The notes under the pieces are model-generated. The model was not told where the DNA came from. It was given only the letters and a program-made list of their open reading frames with translations, and made no database searches. This document shows, one piece after another, positions 55,248 through 64,000 of a DNA stretch of 64,000 bases. A program made the translations under genes and the position numbers. Source of the stretch: Myxococcales bacterium (GTDB lineage: Bacteria > Myxococcota_A > Polyangia > Polyangiales > DASUME01); the NCBI GenBank assembly GCA_047601445.1, contig JASGJH010000001.1, forward strand, positions 7,200,001 through 7,264,000, read 5' to 3'. Position 1 is the first letter of the stretch; every line of letters begins with the position of its first letter.

Positions 55248-56442
55248 GGACAGCGTGGTGATGGCGCTGCAGGTGCCGATGCGCAATCCGGGGCGCAGCG
55301 CGCTGACGGCGCTCGGCCTGGCCATCGGTGTCAGCGCTTTCATCGCCATGGTGAGCTTCGGCCGCGGTGCACAGGGGTCGGTGGTCTCGCAGTTCGAAAC
55401 CCTGGGGTCGAATCTGTTGCGCGTGAAGGCCGCCGTCAGCATCTTCGATCAGAACCCGCACGTGCTCGACGACCGCGACGTGAAGGCGTTGCAGCGCGAG
55501 TCAACGACCATCGATTGGGTGGTTCCGATCTACCAGCGCACCTTCGATGTGTCGCACGCCGGACGGGTGTTCCGCACCACGGTGCGTGGCATCAACGAGA
55601 ACTTCAACAAGACCCGCGACGAGCCCATCCCCACGGGCGGCCCCTTCGATGCGATGGACGTGGTGCAGCACGCCAAGGTCTGTCTGTTGGGCGCCACGGT
55701 GCAGCGCGAGATCTTCGCCGAGGGGGAAGACCCGCTAGGGCAGACGATCCTGATCAATGGGCGCATGCCCTGCACGGTGATCGGCACGCTGCTCAAGCGC
55801 GGCGCGGCCATCAGCGGCAGCGACATGGACGATCGTGTGCTGATGCCGATCACCACCTTCGAGTCCCAGTTCGGAGGCTCCCATGGCTACGCCTACATCG
55901 AGGTGAGGCCGAAGAGCCGCGCCCTGCTCGACGCTGCGCGCCAGGAGACCTTCGACATCTTGCGACGCATGCACAGCATTCGTCCGGGGGAAGGCGACGA
56001 CTTCCAGATCTTGAGCCCCGACGAGGTCACCCGCGTGGCGAACCAGATCGGCGGCATCTTGACCGGGCTTCTGGCGGGCATCGCGGGCGTGTCCCTGCTC
56101 GTGGGGGGCATCGGCATCATGAACATCCAGCTGATGTCAGTGGCCGAGCGCACCCATGAAATCGGCGTACGCGCGGCCATCGGTGCGTCACCCGATGCGA
56201 TCTTGCGGCAGTTCTTGGCCGAGGCCGCGATGTTGGCGGCCATCGGCACGTCGGCAGGCGTCGCACTCGGCGTGACGGCGGCCGTGCTGGTGGCCAAGAA
56301 GATGGGCTGGCCCGGCGCGGCACAACCCGACGTGATCATCGTGGCCAGTCTGTTCGGCATCGGCGTGGGCACCCTGTTCGGATACGTGCCGGCCAAGCGT
56401 GCTGCCGACCTGGATCCCATCGAAGCTTTGAGGCGGGAGTAA
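55231..56442 (+). CDS. ABC transporter permease (MacB-like)
   Basis: RSALTALGLAIGV, SLLVGGIGIMNI, ERTHEIGVR.AIGA, LDPIEALR. Confidence 0.95.
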   Translation: MRSSIKDSVVMALQVPMRNPGRSALTALGLAIGVSAFIAMVSFGRGAQGSVVSQFETLGSNLLRVKAAVSIFDQNPHVLDDRDVKALQRESTTIDWVVPIYQRTFDVSHAGRVFRTTVRGINENFNKTRDEPIPTGGPFDAMDVVQHAKVCLLGATVQREIFAEGEDPLGQTILINGRMPCTVIGTLLKRGAAISGSDMDDRVLMPITTFESQFGGSHGYAYIEVRPKSRALLDAARQETFDILRRMHSIRPGEGDDFQILSPDEVTRVANQIGGILTGLLAGIAGVSLLVGGIGIMNIQLMSVAERTHEIGVRAAIGASPDAILRQFLAEAAMLAAIGTSAGVALGVTAAVLVAKKMGWPGAAQPDVIIVASLFGIGVGTLFGYVPAKRAADLDPIEALRRE

Positions 56443-56444
56443 CC

Positions 56445-57818
56445 GTGTTGCGTTGGTCGGCTCCAATCCTTGGTCTCCTTACGCTGACGCTCGCGGCGCG
56501 CGCGCAGGCGGAGGTCGTCACGTTGTCGTTCCTCGAGAAGCGGGCGCTCGAGGCTGATGGATTCGAGGACACGCACGCAGCGAAGTCGCGCGGGTCGGAG
56601 GCGGAGCTGCGCAGGACGGCGGCGGCCTACTATCCGCAGGTGACGCTGCGCGTCGGGACCAACATTCTGCCGGGCAGCCAGCTGCTCACCGTCTGCGGTG
56701 TGTACGGCAGCAACCCTCCGAGTGGTAAGCAGGAAGGAGACCCAAAGCCCTGCGGTAAGAACTTCAGGGAAAACCAGTTCCAGGTTCAGGGCGCGCGAAC
56801 CTTCAGCCAAGGTGGAGACGCCTTCGTGCCCGTGGTGCAAAATCGCCTTGAAGTCGCGGCCAGCGCTCCGATCTACGATTTCGGGCGCACCAAGGCTGCC
56901 GTCGACGCCGGCAAGGCCTCCCTCTCCGCGGTGCGCGCCGAGCGCGACGCCGAGGGCGAGACCCTCGTGCGCCAGGTGCGCGTCGCCTACTTGAACTGGC
57001 TGAGCGCCCACGAGATCGCGCGGGTCACCGAGGCGGCCGCGCGCGACGCCGAGGAGCGCTTTGCACGCGTATCCGCGCTGGTGGAAGAGGGGAGCAAGCC
57101 CAAGGCCGAGCTGCCTCCCGCTCACAGCGACGCTCTCCTTACCAAGCTCGAGTTGACGCGCGCGCAGGGTGATCTGGCGAACGCCCAACAAGTGTTGGAA
57201 GACGCGGTGGGGGAGCCTCTGCCTCCAGGGGCCGAGCCTGAGCTCAGCCTGATCGAAGACACGAACGCTCAGGTCGTGGCGCTCTCGTATGCGACCGACG
57301 CGATGGCCCAGGTGATCGAGAAGCAACGCACGGCCGCCGAGAAGCTCGAGCTCAGCTACAAGAAGCAGAACCTGCCGCAGCTCGCGCTGTCGGCCCTGGT
57401 CGGCGCGCGCAATCAGCAATCGCATTTCTTCCCGCTGTACGCCGCCGGACTCTCGTTCTTCGTCCCGCTCTACGACGGCGGCCTGAGCCGCGCCTTGGCG
57501 TCCTCTGCGCGCGCCCAGCGTGACGCGCTCGACGCCCAGCTGCGTGCCCACATGCGCGAGCAGGAGAGCTTGCACTTGAAGGCAGAGCGCGACGCCGACC
57601 AAGCACTCGACTCACTGTCGATCGCGAATCAGTTGCTGACGGTGGCCGAAAAGCAGCTCCACGACGCACAAGCGGGCTACGACCTCGGCGTGAACGGCAT
57701 CGAACAAATCGCTGGCGCGCGTGCCCTGGTGCGACGCGCGCAGACCGAGGTGTTGCTCTCCAAGGTGGCTCACGCCGAGGCCCGCATGCGCGTGGCGCCG
57801 GTGGACACTTCGCCCTGA
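56445..57818 (+). CDS. TolC-family outer-membrane efflux protein
   Basis: Signal peptide; AAYYP, PIYDFG, NLPQL, PLYDGG; last gene of a MacAB-type operon. Confidence 0.88.
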   Translation: MLRWSAPILGLLTLTLAARAQAEVVTLSFLEKRALEADGFEDTHAAKSRGSEAELRRTAAAYYPQVTLRVGTNILPGSQLLTVCGVYGSNPPSGKQEGDPKPCGKNFRENQFQVQGARTFSQGGDAFVPVVQNRLEVAASAPIYDFGRTKAAVDAGKASLSAVRAERDAEGETLVRQVRVAYLNWLSAHEIARVTEAAARDAEERFARVSALVEEGSKPKAELPPAHSDALLTKLELTRAQGDLANAQQVLEDAVGEPLPPGAEPELSLIEDTNAQVVALSYATDAMAQVIEKQRTAAEKLELSYKKQNLPQLALSALVGARNQQSHFFPLYAAGLSFFVPLYDGGLSRALASSARAQRDALDAQLRAHMREQESLHLKAERDADQALDSLSIANQLLTVAEKQLHDAQAGYDLGVNGIEQIAGARALVRRAQTEVLLSKVAHAEARMRVAPVDTSP

Positions 57819-58025
57819 GCCAAGCCGCGGATCCTCCCCGCGAACCAGCGCATTTCGAGGCTCCGTACTTTCACGGCTTTCGTCCCCGACCGAGGATCAT
57901 TTCGCGCAAGCTTCGCGGCGGATCACGTTTGGCACGCCGGGTTTTTCTCGCGTCATCACTATTGACGCATCGCTCCACGAGGATCAGTCTCGCGCTTATC
58001 GGCACTGAACACGTGGGGTGGCGCG

Positions 58026-58883
58026 ATGAAGAACCTCTTCAGGCAAGGGCTCAAGCGACTGACGGCCAGCAGTGAACGGCGAGCCCGGGGCTCCCATGAA
58101 GCCAAGGTCATCTCCATCGCGTCGCTCAAGGGCGGTGTCGGCAAGACCACCACCAGCGTGAACCTGGCTTCCGCGCTGGCTCGCTACCACCAGCAGCGCG
58201 TGCTCCTGGTGGACCTCGATCCCCAGGGCCACGTGGGCACCTCCCTGCGTGCGCAGATCCTACAGGGCGGCGGCCGGCTCTCCGAGATCCTCACCGCAGA
58301 AGAGGCCGGTCATGTGATGGACGTGGCCACCGACACCAGCGTGCCCTTCCTGCGCGTGACCCCCTCGGATCCCAGCCTCAACGAAGCCGAGAACCTGCTG
58401 AGCGCCAAGATCGGCAAGGAGATGATCCTGCGCGACGCGCTCGAGATCACGCGCACCTACTTCGACGTGATCGTGATCGACTGCCCGCCCAATCTCGGGA
58501 ACCTGACGATCAACGCGCTGGTCGCCTCGGACTTCTTGCTGGTGCCGTGCGACCTCTCGCCGCTCGCGATGCGCGGCGTGGAGAGCCTGCTCAAGCAGTC
58601 TCAGCAGATCGGCGCGCGACTCAACCCGCAGCTCGACCTCTTGGGTGTGGTGATCACCCGCTACGACTCGCGCACGCCCACGATGAACGACGCGGTGCTG
58701 TCCTCGTTGGAGCACAACTTCGGGGAGGCCCTGGTGCCGGTGCGTATCGGCGTGAGCACGAGTCTCTCGCGCGCACAGCACGAGGGCACCGAGATCTTCG
58801 AGCACGACGAAAAGTCACGTGGCGCACTCCACTACCGTGAGCTGGCTGCCGAAATCGCGCGTCGACTGAGCGTCATCAACTGA
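58026..58883 (+). CDS. ParA/Soj-family ATPase
   Basis: KGGVGKTT deviant Walker A, DLDPQG, IDCPP.LG.LT.NAL. Confidence 0.92.
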   Translation: MKNLFRQGLKRLTASSERRARGSHEAKVISIASLKGGVGKTTTSVNLASALARYHQQRVLLVDLDPQGHVGTSLRAQILQGGGRLSEILTAEEAGHVMDVATDTSVPFLRVTPSDPSLNEAENLLSAKIGKEMILRDALEITRTYFDVIVIDCPPNLGNLTINALVASDFLLVPCDLSPLAMRGVESLLKQSQQIGARLNPQLDLLGVVITRYDSRTPTMNDAVLSSLEHNFGEALVPVRIGVSTSLSRAQHEGTEIFEHDEKSRGALHYRELAAEIARRLSVIN

Positions 58884-59076
58884 AAATCCCCGTTGTCTGA
58901 CCTGTCGCGGGCCCCCTGGGGCTCGCGCGCCTGCAATTTGAGGGAGTTGCGCCCTCGGCTGTTGTTGCAAGGCCGGGGCCCGCGTAATCTCAGGCAGAAT
59001 GAGGGGCCCCCAAGACGCCAAGGTGGTGCCGACCGTGCGGTTGGAGTGTTGCTCGCCGCCGGGCTCGCCTGCGTCG

Positions 59077-59958
59077 ATGTCCGTATCGAAGCGCGCTCGG
59101 CCCGGCTCTAGAGGGGCGCTTGCGGCGGTTCTGATGGAGCTCGGTGCGCTGTCTGCTGGCTGCACCTCCACGGTGCTGCTCGGTGGTGACTGCGCAGACA
59201 AGACTGCCTGCGATGGCCCCACGCACGGCGACGGTGACGCCCTCGGCTCCGACGGCGACGGCGACGGCGATGGGGCCGCAGGCGATGGTGACGGCGACGC
59301 GAGCAACCTGGATGCTGGTTCCAAGCCCAAGCCGGACGGCGGGCACGCACCCGTAGTGGATGCTTTCATTCCCGACCCCGGGCCGCCTCCGCCAGGCCCC
59401 GACGGAGGGCCGGGCACACCGTTTCCTGCGTTCCAGAACCCATCCTTCGAGCGCACGTCGGGTACGGGCCCCGGCGATCTCGCGGTGGGAGCGACCGGCG
59501 CGCTGGCTCCCTGGGTGGCCTGTGCGATTCCGATCGGACAGTTCAACTTCTTGCGCGTGGAGCAGGACACGTTCGGCGTCACGCCCACCGACGGCAGCTA
59601 CTTCCTCGGCTACAGCTACATGTACTTCGTGAACATCTCCATGCCCGTGGCGCAGACGCTGCAAATCCCCCTCAAGGCGGGGCAGCGCTACGCGTTCCTG
59701 GTGGACGTGCGAAGTCAGTCGGGCTCCGACGAACAACTCGGGTTGCTCGTGAAGGGCGGCACCACTCCGTGCGTGGCCCCGACCACGCTCGCCGAGGGCG
59801 ACTATCTGCCGAACGACGTGTGGACGACCCAGTGCATCACCTTCACGCCGAGCAGTGACCTCAGCGAGATCGCATTCATGCCGAAGAACAAGAACGGCAT
59901 CGCGATCACCAATCGCTTCTACGTCGATAACATTCGTCCCGATCCGAGCTGTCAGTGA
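59077..59958 (+). CDS. Putative lipoprotein with GD-repeat linker and CBM-like jelly-roll domain
   Basis: LSAGC lipobox, GDGDGD, FQNPSFE, PTDGSYFL, L..PLKAGQRY, FYVDNI. Confidence 0.7.
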   Translation: MSVSKRARPGSRGALAAVLMELGALSAGCTSTVLLGGDCADKTACDGPTHGDGDALGSDGDGDGDGAAGDGDGDASNLDAGSKPKPDGGHAPVVDAFIPDPGPPPPGPDGGPGTPFPAFQNPSFERTSGTGPGDLAVGATGALAPWVACAIPIGQFNFLRVEQDTFGVTPTDGSYFLGYSYMYFVNISMPVAQTLQIPLKAGQRYAFLVDVRSQSGSDEQLGLLVKGGTTPCVAPTTLAEGDYLPNDVWTTQCITFTPSSDLSEIAFMPKNKNGIAITNRFYVDNIRPDPSCQ

Positions 59959-60198
59959 ACGGCGCGCGCTGAGCGCTGCGGATATCGCGCGGCGCTGCGT
60001 CTTTCGGGAGAATTTGCGCAGCGCCGCGAGAGTCCTACCGCAGCACGCGATGCAATCTCACGTTGCGAACACAATCGTGCGCGTGGCTCGAACTGTCTGC
60101 CGAGTGCGCTTGACGCACGCACGCAAAAGCCGTCGAAATCGGCTCGCTCGACCTCCGTGTGCTGATTCAAGCCGGCCGTCGAGCGGAGGCCATTCGTC

Positions 60199-61254
60199 AT
60201 GGGTCATGCGCATAAATTCATCTTGTTGGCGGCATTGTTGGCGGCGTGCGGCGAAGACCCTTTGCCGCCCGGCTTCGGGCAGGACGGGGACAACATCAAA
60301 GGAGACGGCGACGGAGATGGGGATGGCGACGGAGATGGTGACGGCGATGGCGACGGCGATGGAGATGGCGATGGAGATGGCGATTCCGGTGACGGTGACG
60401 TCGGCGACGGGGATCGCGGCGATGGTGACGGCGACGTAGGCGACGGCGACGCAGGCGACGGGGATGCCGGTGATGGCGATGCACCGGTGACTCCGGGAGA
60501 GGGCCCGCCCGCCAGCAAGCTACCCAAGCCCAAAGGCACCTGTTCCACGCTCAAGGACGGCGCATTCACGATGAATGGAGCCACAGTGCAGCTCACCGTG
60601 GGCACCAAGCCGGGCCCCGTGTACTTCTACTTCCACGGCACCGGCAGCATGCCGAGCGAGGTCGACCAAGGCATTCCCGGCGCGCGTAGCGCCGTGAAGA
60701 CCAAGGGCGGATTGGTGGCGACTTGGGACGTGTCGAGCCCGATGGGTGACAGTACGGGTTCGTTCTGGGAGGTCTGGCACACGGGTGACTTCGACGTGGC
60801 CGATCAGATCCTCGCCTGCGCCATCCAGCAGAAGATCGTCGACACCTCGCACATCCACGTGGCGGGCTACAGCGCGGGCGGGTTGCAGACGGGCGCCATG
60901 GTCTACATGCGCTCGAACTATCTCGCGAGCGCCATCGTGTATTCGGGTGGCAAGGGCTTCGGGGCCCAGGGGCTGCAGGATCCGAGCAACGTGCCGAGCA
61001 CCGTGTTCGCTCACGGCGCCATGGGCTCGGACATGGTGGTCATCGACTTCGCTCAGCAGAGCGCGACCATGGAGAACGACCTCAAGACGAAGGGCTTCAT
61101 CGTGGATTGCAACGATGGTGGCGGCCACGTGCAGCCCGGTCGCCTGGGCATCATGGGCAACGCCACCAAGTTCTTCGAGACCCACGGCTACAAGCAGAAC
61201 GGCTATGGTTCGACCCTGCCGGGCTGGCCTAGCACCTGCAAGATCGTCAAGTAG
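60199..61254 (+). CDS. Lipoprotein alpha/beta-hydrolase (esterase/PHB depolymerase-like) with long GD repeat
   Basis: LAAC lipobox, (GD)n, YFHG, GYSAGG nucleophile elbow, HG...D, GGH. Confidence 0.8.
   Translation: MGHAHKFILLAALLAACGEDPLPPGFGQDGDNIKGDGDGDGDGDGDGDGDGDGDGDGDGDGDSGDGDVGDGDRGDGDGDVGDGDAGDGDAGDGDAPVTPGEGPPASKLPKPKGTCSTLKDGAFTMNGATVQLTVGTKPGPVYFYFHGTGSMPSEVDQGIPGARSAVKTKGGLVATWDVSSPMGDSTGSFWEVWHTGDFDVADQILACAIQQKIVDTSHIHVAGYSAGGLQTGAMVYMRSNYLASAIVYSGGKGFGAQGLQDPSNVPSTVFAHGAMGSDMVVIDFAQQSATMENDLKTKGFIVDCNDGGGHVQPGRLGIMGNATKFFETHGYKQNGYGSTLPGWPSTCKIVK
60301..60480. repeat. Intragenic (Gly-Asp)n repeat
   Basis: Degenerate ggcgac/ggagat hexamers. Confidence 0.85.
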
Positions 61255-61263
61255 CGCCGGCCC

Positions 61264-62478
61264 TCAGTCGCGCATGTAGTGGCAGGTGTAGCCGCCCGGG
61301 TGCTTCACCAGATAGTCCTGGTGGTAGCCCTCGGCGGGCGTGAACGGGCCGGCCTCGACGATGTCCGTGACCACCGGGCTCTTCCACTTGCCCGAGCGAT
61401 TGACGCGCTCCTTCACTTCTTCGGCGGTCTTGCGCTGCTCCTTGGAGTTCACGAAGATCACCGAGCGATACTGGGTGCCGACGTCGTTGCCCTGACGGTT
61501 CTTGGTGGTGGGGTCGTGCATCTTGAAGAACCACTTCTCGAGCAGATCGGCGTAGGAGATCTTGCTGGGGTCGAAGAGCACGCGCACCGACTCGGCGTGG
61601 CCCGTGCGACCACTCTTGACGTCCTCGTAGGTGGGGGCCTTGCTGGTGCCGCCCGCGTAGCCGACCTCCGTCTCGAGCACGCCCGGAATGGCGCGCAGGA
61701 TGTCCTCCATGCCCCAGAAGCAACCGCCGGCCAGCACGGCTGTCTCGAGGGTCGCTTTGCAGCCGGGGGCTTGGCCCGGTTCCGGTAGGTTGCACGCGTT
61801 GGCCTGAGCCGCAGCGGGAGTGGCGGTGCCGGCCGCGCCTGATGTCGCCGTCTTGGCCTGGTCGGGCTTGAATAGCGGGGCGTACTCGCCGTAGCCCTCG
61901 CTCTCCAGCTTGGCCACGGGCACGAAGCGCAGCGAGGCAGAGTTGATGCAGTAGCGCATGCCGGTGGGACCAGGGCCGTCGTCGAACACGTGACCGAGGT
62001 GCGAGCTGCCGGCCTTGGAGCGCACCTCCGTGCGGACCATGCCGTAGGCGCGGTCGACCTTCTCGACCACGCGATTGGGCTCGACGGGCTGCGTGAAGCT
62101 GGGCCAACCGGTGCCCGAGTCGAACTTGTCGACGGAAGCGAACAGCGGCTCGCCGGTGGCGATGTCGACGTAGAGCCCCGCGTCGTGGTTGTCCCAGAGC
62201 GAGTTGCGGAACGCGGGCTCGGTGGCGTCGCGCTGCGTGACTTCGTACTGGAGAGGCGTGAGCTTCTGCTTCAGCTCCGCGTCCGAGGGCTTCGTATACG
62301 TTCGCTTGGACATGATGGAACTCCGACGAGATTGGGCGTCGACGTTCGACGCTTCAAAGGGGCCGCGCAACGCGACCGCGCCGATCAGCAGCAGGCAGGA
62401 CACGAGCACGCCCGGTGACCGCAACACGGCATGAAGGGTGGAAGCGCGCGAGCCAAGAATCGATCGCACAGTACGCAT
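61264..62478 (-). CDS. msrAB: Bifunctional methionine sulfoxide reductase MsrB-MsrA
   Basis: GWPSF, HLGHVF.DGP...RYCINS (MsrB); GGCFWG, GTQYRS, AE.YHQDY (MsrA); alternative start 62313. Confidence 0.93.
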   Translation of the reverse strand: MRTVRSILGSRASTLHAVLRSPGVLVSCLLLIGAVALRGPFEASNVDAQSRRSSIMSKRTYTKPSDAELKQKLTPLQYEVTQRDATEPAFRNSLWDNHDAGLYVDIATGEPLFASVDKFDSGTGWPSFTQPVEPNRVVEKVDRAYGMVRTEVRSKAGSSHLGHVFDDGPGPTGMRYCINSASLRFVPVAKLESEGYGEYAPLFKPDQAKTATSGAAGTATPAAAQANACNLPEPGQAPGCKATLETAVLAGGCFWGMEDILRAIPGVLETEVGYAGGTSKAPTYEDVKSGRTGHAESVRVLFDPSKISYADLLEKWFFKMHDPTTKNRQGNDVGTQYRSVIFVNSKEQRKTAEEVKERVNRSGKWKSPVVTDIVEAGPFTPAEGYHQDYLVKHPGGYTCHYMRD

Positions 62479-63014
62479 GATGAGCACTCCTCTGCACAAA
62501 GCTAGTCCGCGGCGGGGCGCCAAAAGGTTTCATGGGTCGATTTTCTGGCCATGTGTTCAGCCTGGATCTGGAACGAATCCGGGGCACTAGACAATTGCGG
62601 CGAGGGTTGCCGGACCTCCAGCCCGCTGCACGGAGGACGGCTCGTGCTCTTTCTACGTAGTGCTCGCGGCGTCGGATCGCCGGGCGCGCGTGGGCAGATC
62701 TCGTCGACGAGCGCTGGTGTCGATGCGGGCGTCGGAACGAGGTCGTCCGATGTGCGTACGCGAGCACCCGGGCGTGATTTGCTCGTTCGCACGAGGGAGC
62801 GCGCAGGATGTCGTACCTGCGTGAGCTACTCCCTAACTAACAGTCAGATCGCGGGACAATCTGTCACAACTCCGAAAAAAGGGCTTTCCTCTCGTCCATT
62901 CAGGGTTGGTTTTCCACCGAGACGTTGAGATAACAGGACCCTCTTCTTGTAGTACCTGGTCTCGCTCCGCGCGCAGGAATGCGCGCTTCGACACGCCGTA
63001 CATGGAGGAACGAC

Positions 63015-64000
63015 ATGAAACGTATCGGTACGAGCTTCTCTGCGCTGACCGCGATCGCGCTCGCACTCGGCGGTTACGCTGCGGCAGAAGAACCGAAGAC
63101 GGCGCCCGCGAAGGCCCCCACTGCGACGCCGACCACGGCAGCGCCCGCGGCCACCAAGCCCACGCCCGCACCCACGCCGGTGACTGCGCCGACCAAGGCG
63201 GCCCCGACCGCGGCTGCAGCTCCGGCCGTGGCTCCGAAGGCCGAGGCGACCAAGGCTGCCGCGGCTCCGACCACGCCCGATGGGCTCGCTCAAGCGGCCG
63301 TCGCGGCCAATGCCAAGGCGCAGGACGCGCTCAAGACGGCCACTTCGCAGCGCGCGGCCGCGGAGGCCAGCGCAGCGGAACTCAAGACCCAGCGCGACGC
63401 GTTGGCCAAGCTGCGCAAGGAGCACACGGGCGGCCTCGCCAAGGGCAAGGCTGCTGCGGCGAGCTACGACAGCGCCAACAAGGCCACCAAGGCGGAGGCG
63501 GCGCCGAAATCCGTCGACAAGCTCGAGCTGGCCGAAGCCAGCTTGACGGCGGTGGCGGCCAAGGCCCCAGACGTCGTGAAGGGCGCAGAGAGCGTACTGG
63601 CCGGTGAGACCGCGCTGGTGGCCGCCGCCAACGCGAGCATCGAGGCCTCGACCCGGGCCCAGGACGCGGCCAAGGACGCGGAAGACGCATTGAAGGCGCT
63701 GAAGGCGCTCGGTGCAGAGCTCGCATCGGCCCACGCGCGCAGCGAGAAGGCGCAGAAGACCACCCAGGCGGCGCTCGAGAAGGCGCAGAAGACCACCGAC
63801 AGCGCCAAGGCCAAGCTCGCCGAGCTGACGGCGCGTATGGGGCCGCAGGACGCGGCCAAGCCGGCTGCTCCGGCGGCCGCGCCGGCGGCTCCCGCCCCTG
63901 CGCCCGCGAAAGCCGCCGCGGCGCCTACCAAGAGCAAGGAAGGCGAAGTGGCGCCCGCGGCGCTGCAGCGCGCTCAAGAGGCGCTCGACACCGCGCAGGC
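63015..64000 (+). CDS. Exported Ala/Lys/Pro-rich coiled-coil protein (truncated by window edge), not in the ORF track
   Basis: GGAGGA RBS; MKRIGTSFSALTAIALALGGYAAA signal peptide; frame open to the window end. Confidence 0.8.
   Translation, partial: MKRIGTSFSALTAIALALGGYAAAEEPKTAPAKAPTATPTTAAPAATKPTPAPTPVTAPTKAAPTAAAAPAVAPKAEATKAAAAPTTPDGLAQAAVAANAKAQDALKTATSQRAAAEASAAELKTQRDALAKLRKEHTGGLAKGKAAAASYDSANKATKAEAAPKSVDKLELAEASLTAVAAKAPDVVKGAESVLAGETALVAAANASIEASTRAQDAAKDAEDALKALKALGAELASAHARSEKAQKTTQAALEKAQKTTDSAKAKLAELTARMGPQDAAKPAAPAAAPAAPAPAPAKAAAAPTKSKEGEVAPAALQRAQEALDTAQ

Noticed and set aside
57929..57950. Sigma-54 promoter (TGGCAC) upstream of parA
   Set aside because: No TTGC element at the required spacing.
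58026..58883. Plasmid or prophage partition module
   Set aside because: No parB, rep, integrase or phage genes nearby.

Overview
GC-rich chromosomal segment, most likely from a myxobacterium (Myxococcota, probably Polyangiales-like). This rests on a MYXO-CTERM protein, PEGA and MopE-motif proteins, Ser/Thr kinases and many DAG/GDGD-linker lipoproteins. No rRNA, tRNA, CRISPR array or intact mobile element was recognised. Best candidates for new biology: (1) a compact biosynthetic cluster (11.7-19.9 kb) joining a PltF/PltL/PltE-type pyrrole-2-carbonyl starter module to a minimal type II PKS (KS, Cys-less CLF, ACP), a hexapeptide acyltransferase and a divergent NdvA-like ABC exporter; its A-domain gene has a 1-nt frameshift. 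(2) An operon (20.6-29.3 kb) of two PEGA proteins followed by a tandem array of Cys-rich lipoproteins; two of them share an exact 91-bp repeat, and a decayed third C-terminal module follows, suggesting a diversifying surface-protein cassette. Also present: an MCP-less CheR/CheB/hybrid-kinase operon, a His-less and ATPase-less pseudo-kinase, twin cytochrome c lipoproteins, REP-like repeats, a MacAB-TolC-type exporter, an orphan ParA and an MsrB-MsrA fusion. All family assignments come from motif recognition only; no database searches were run.
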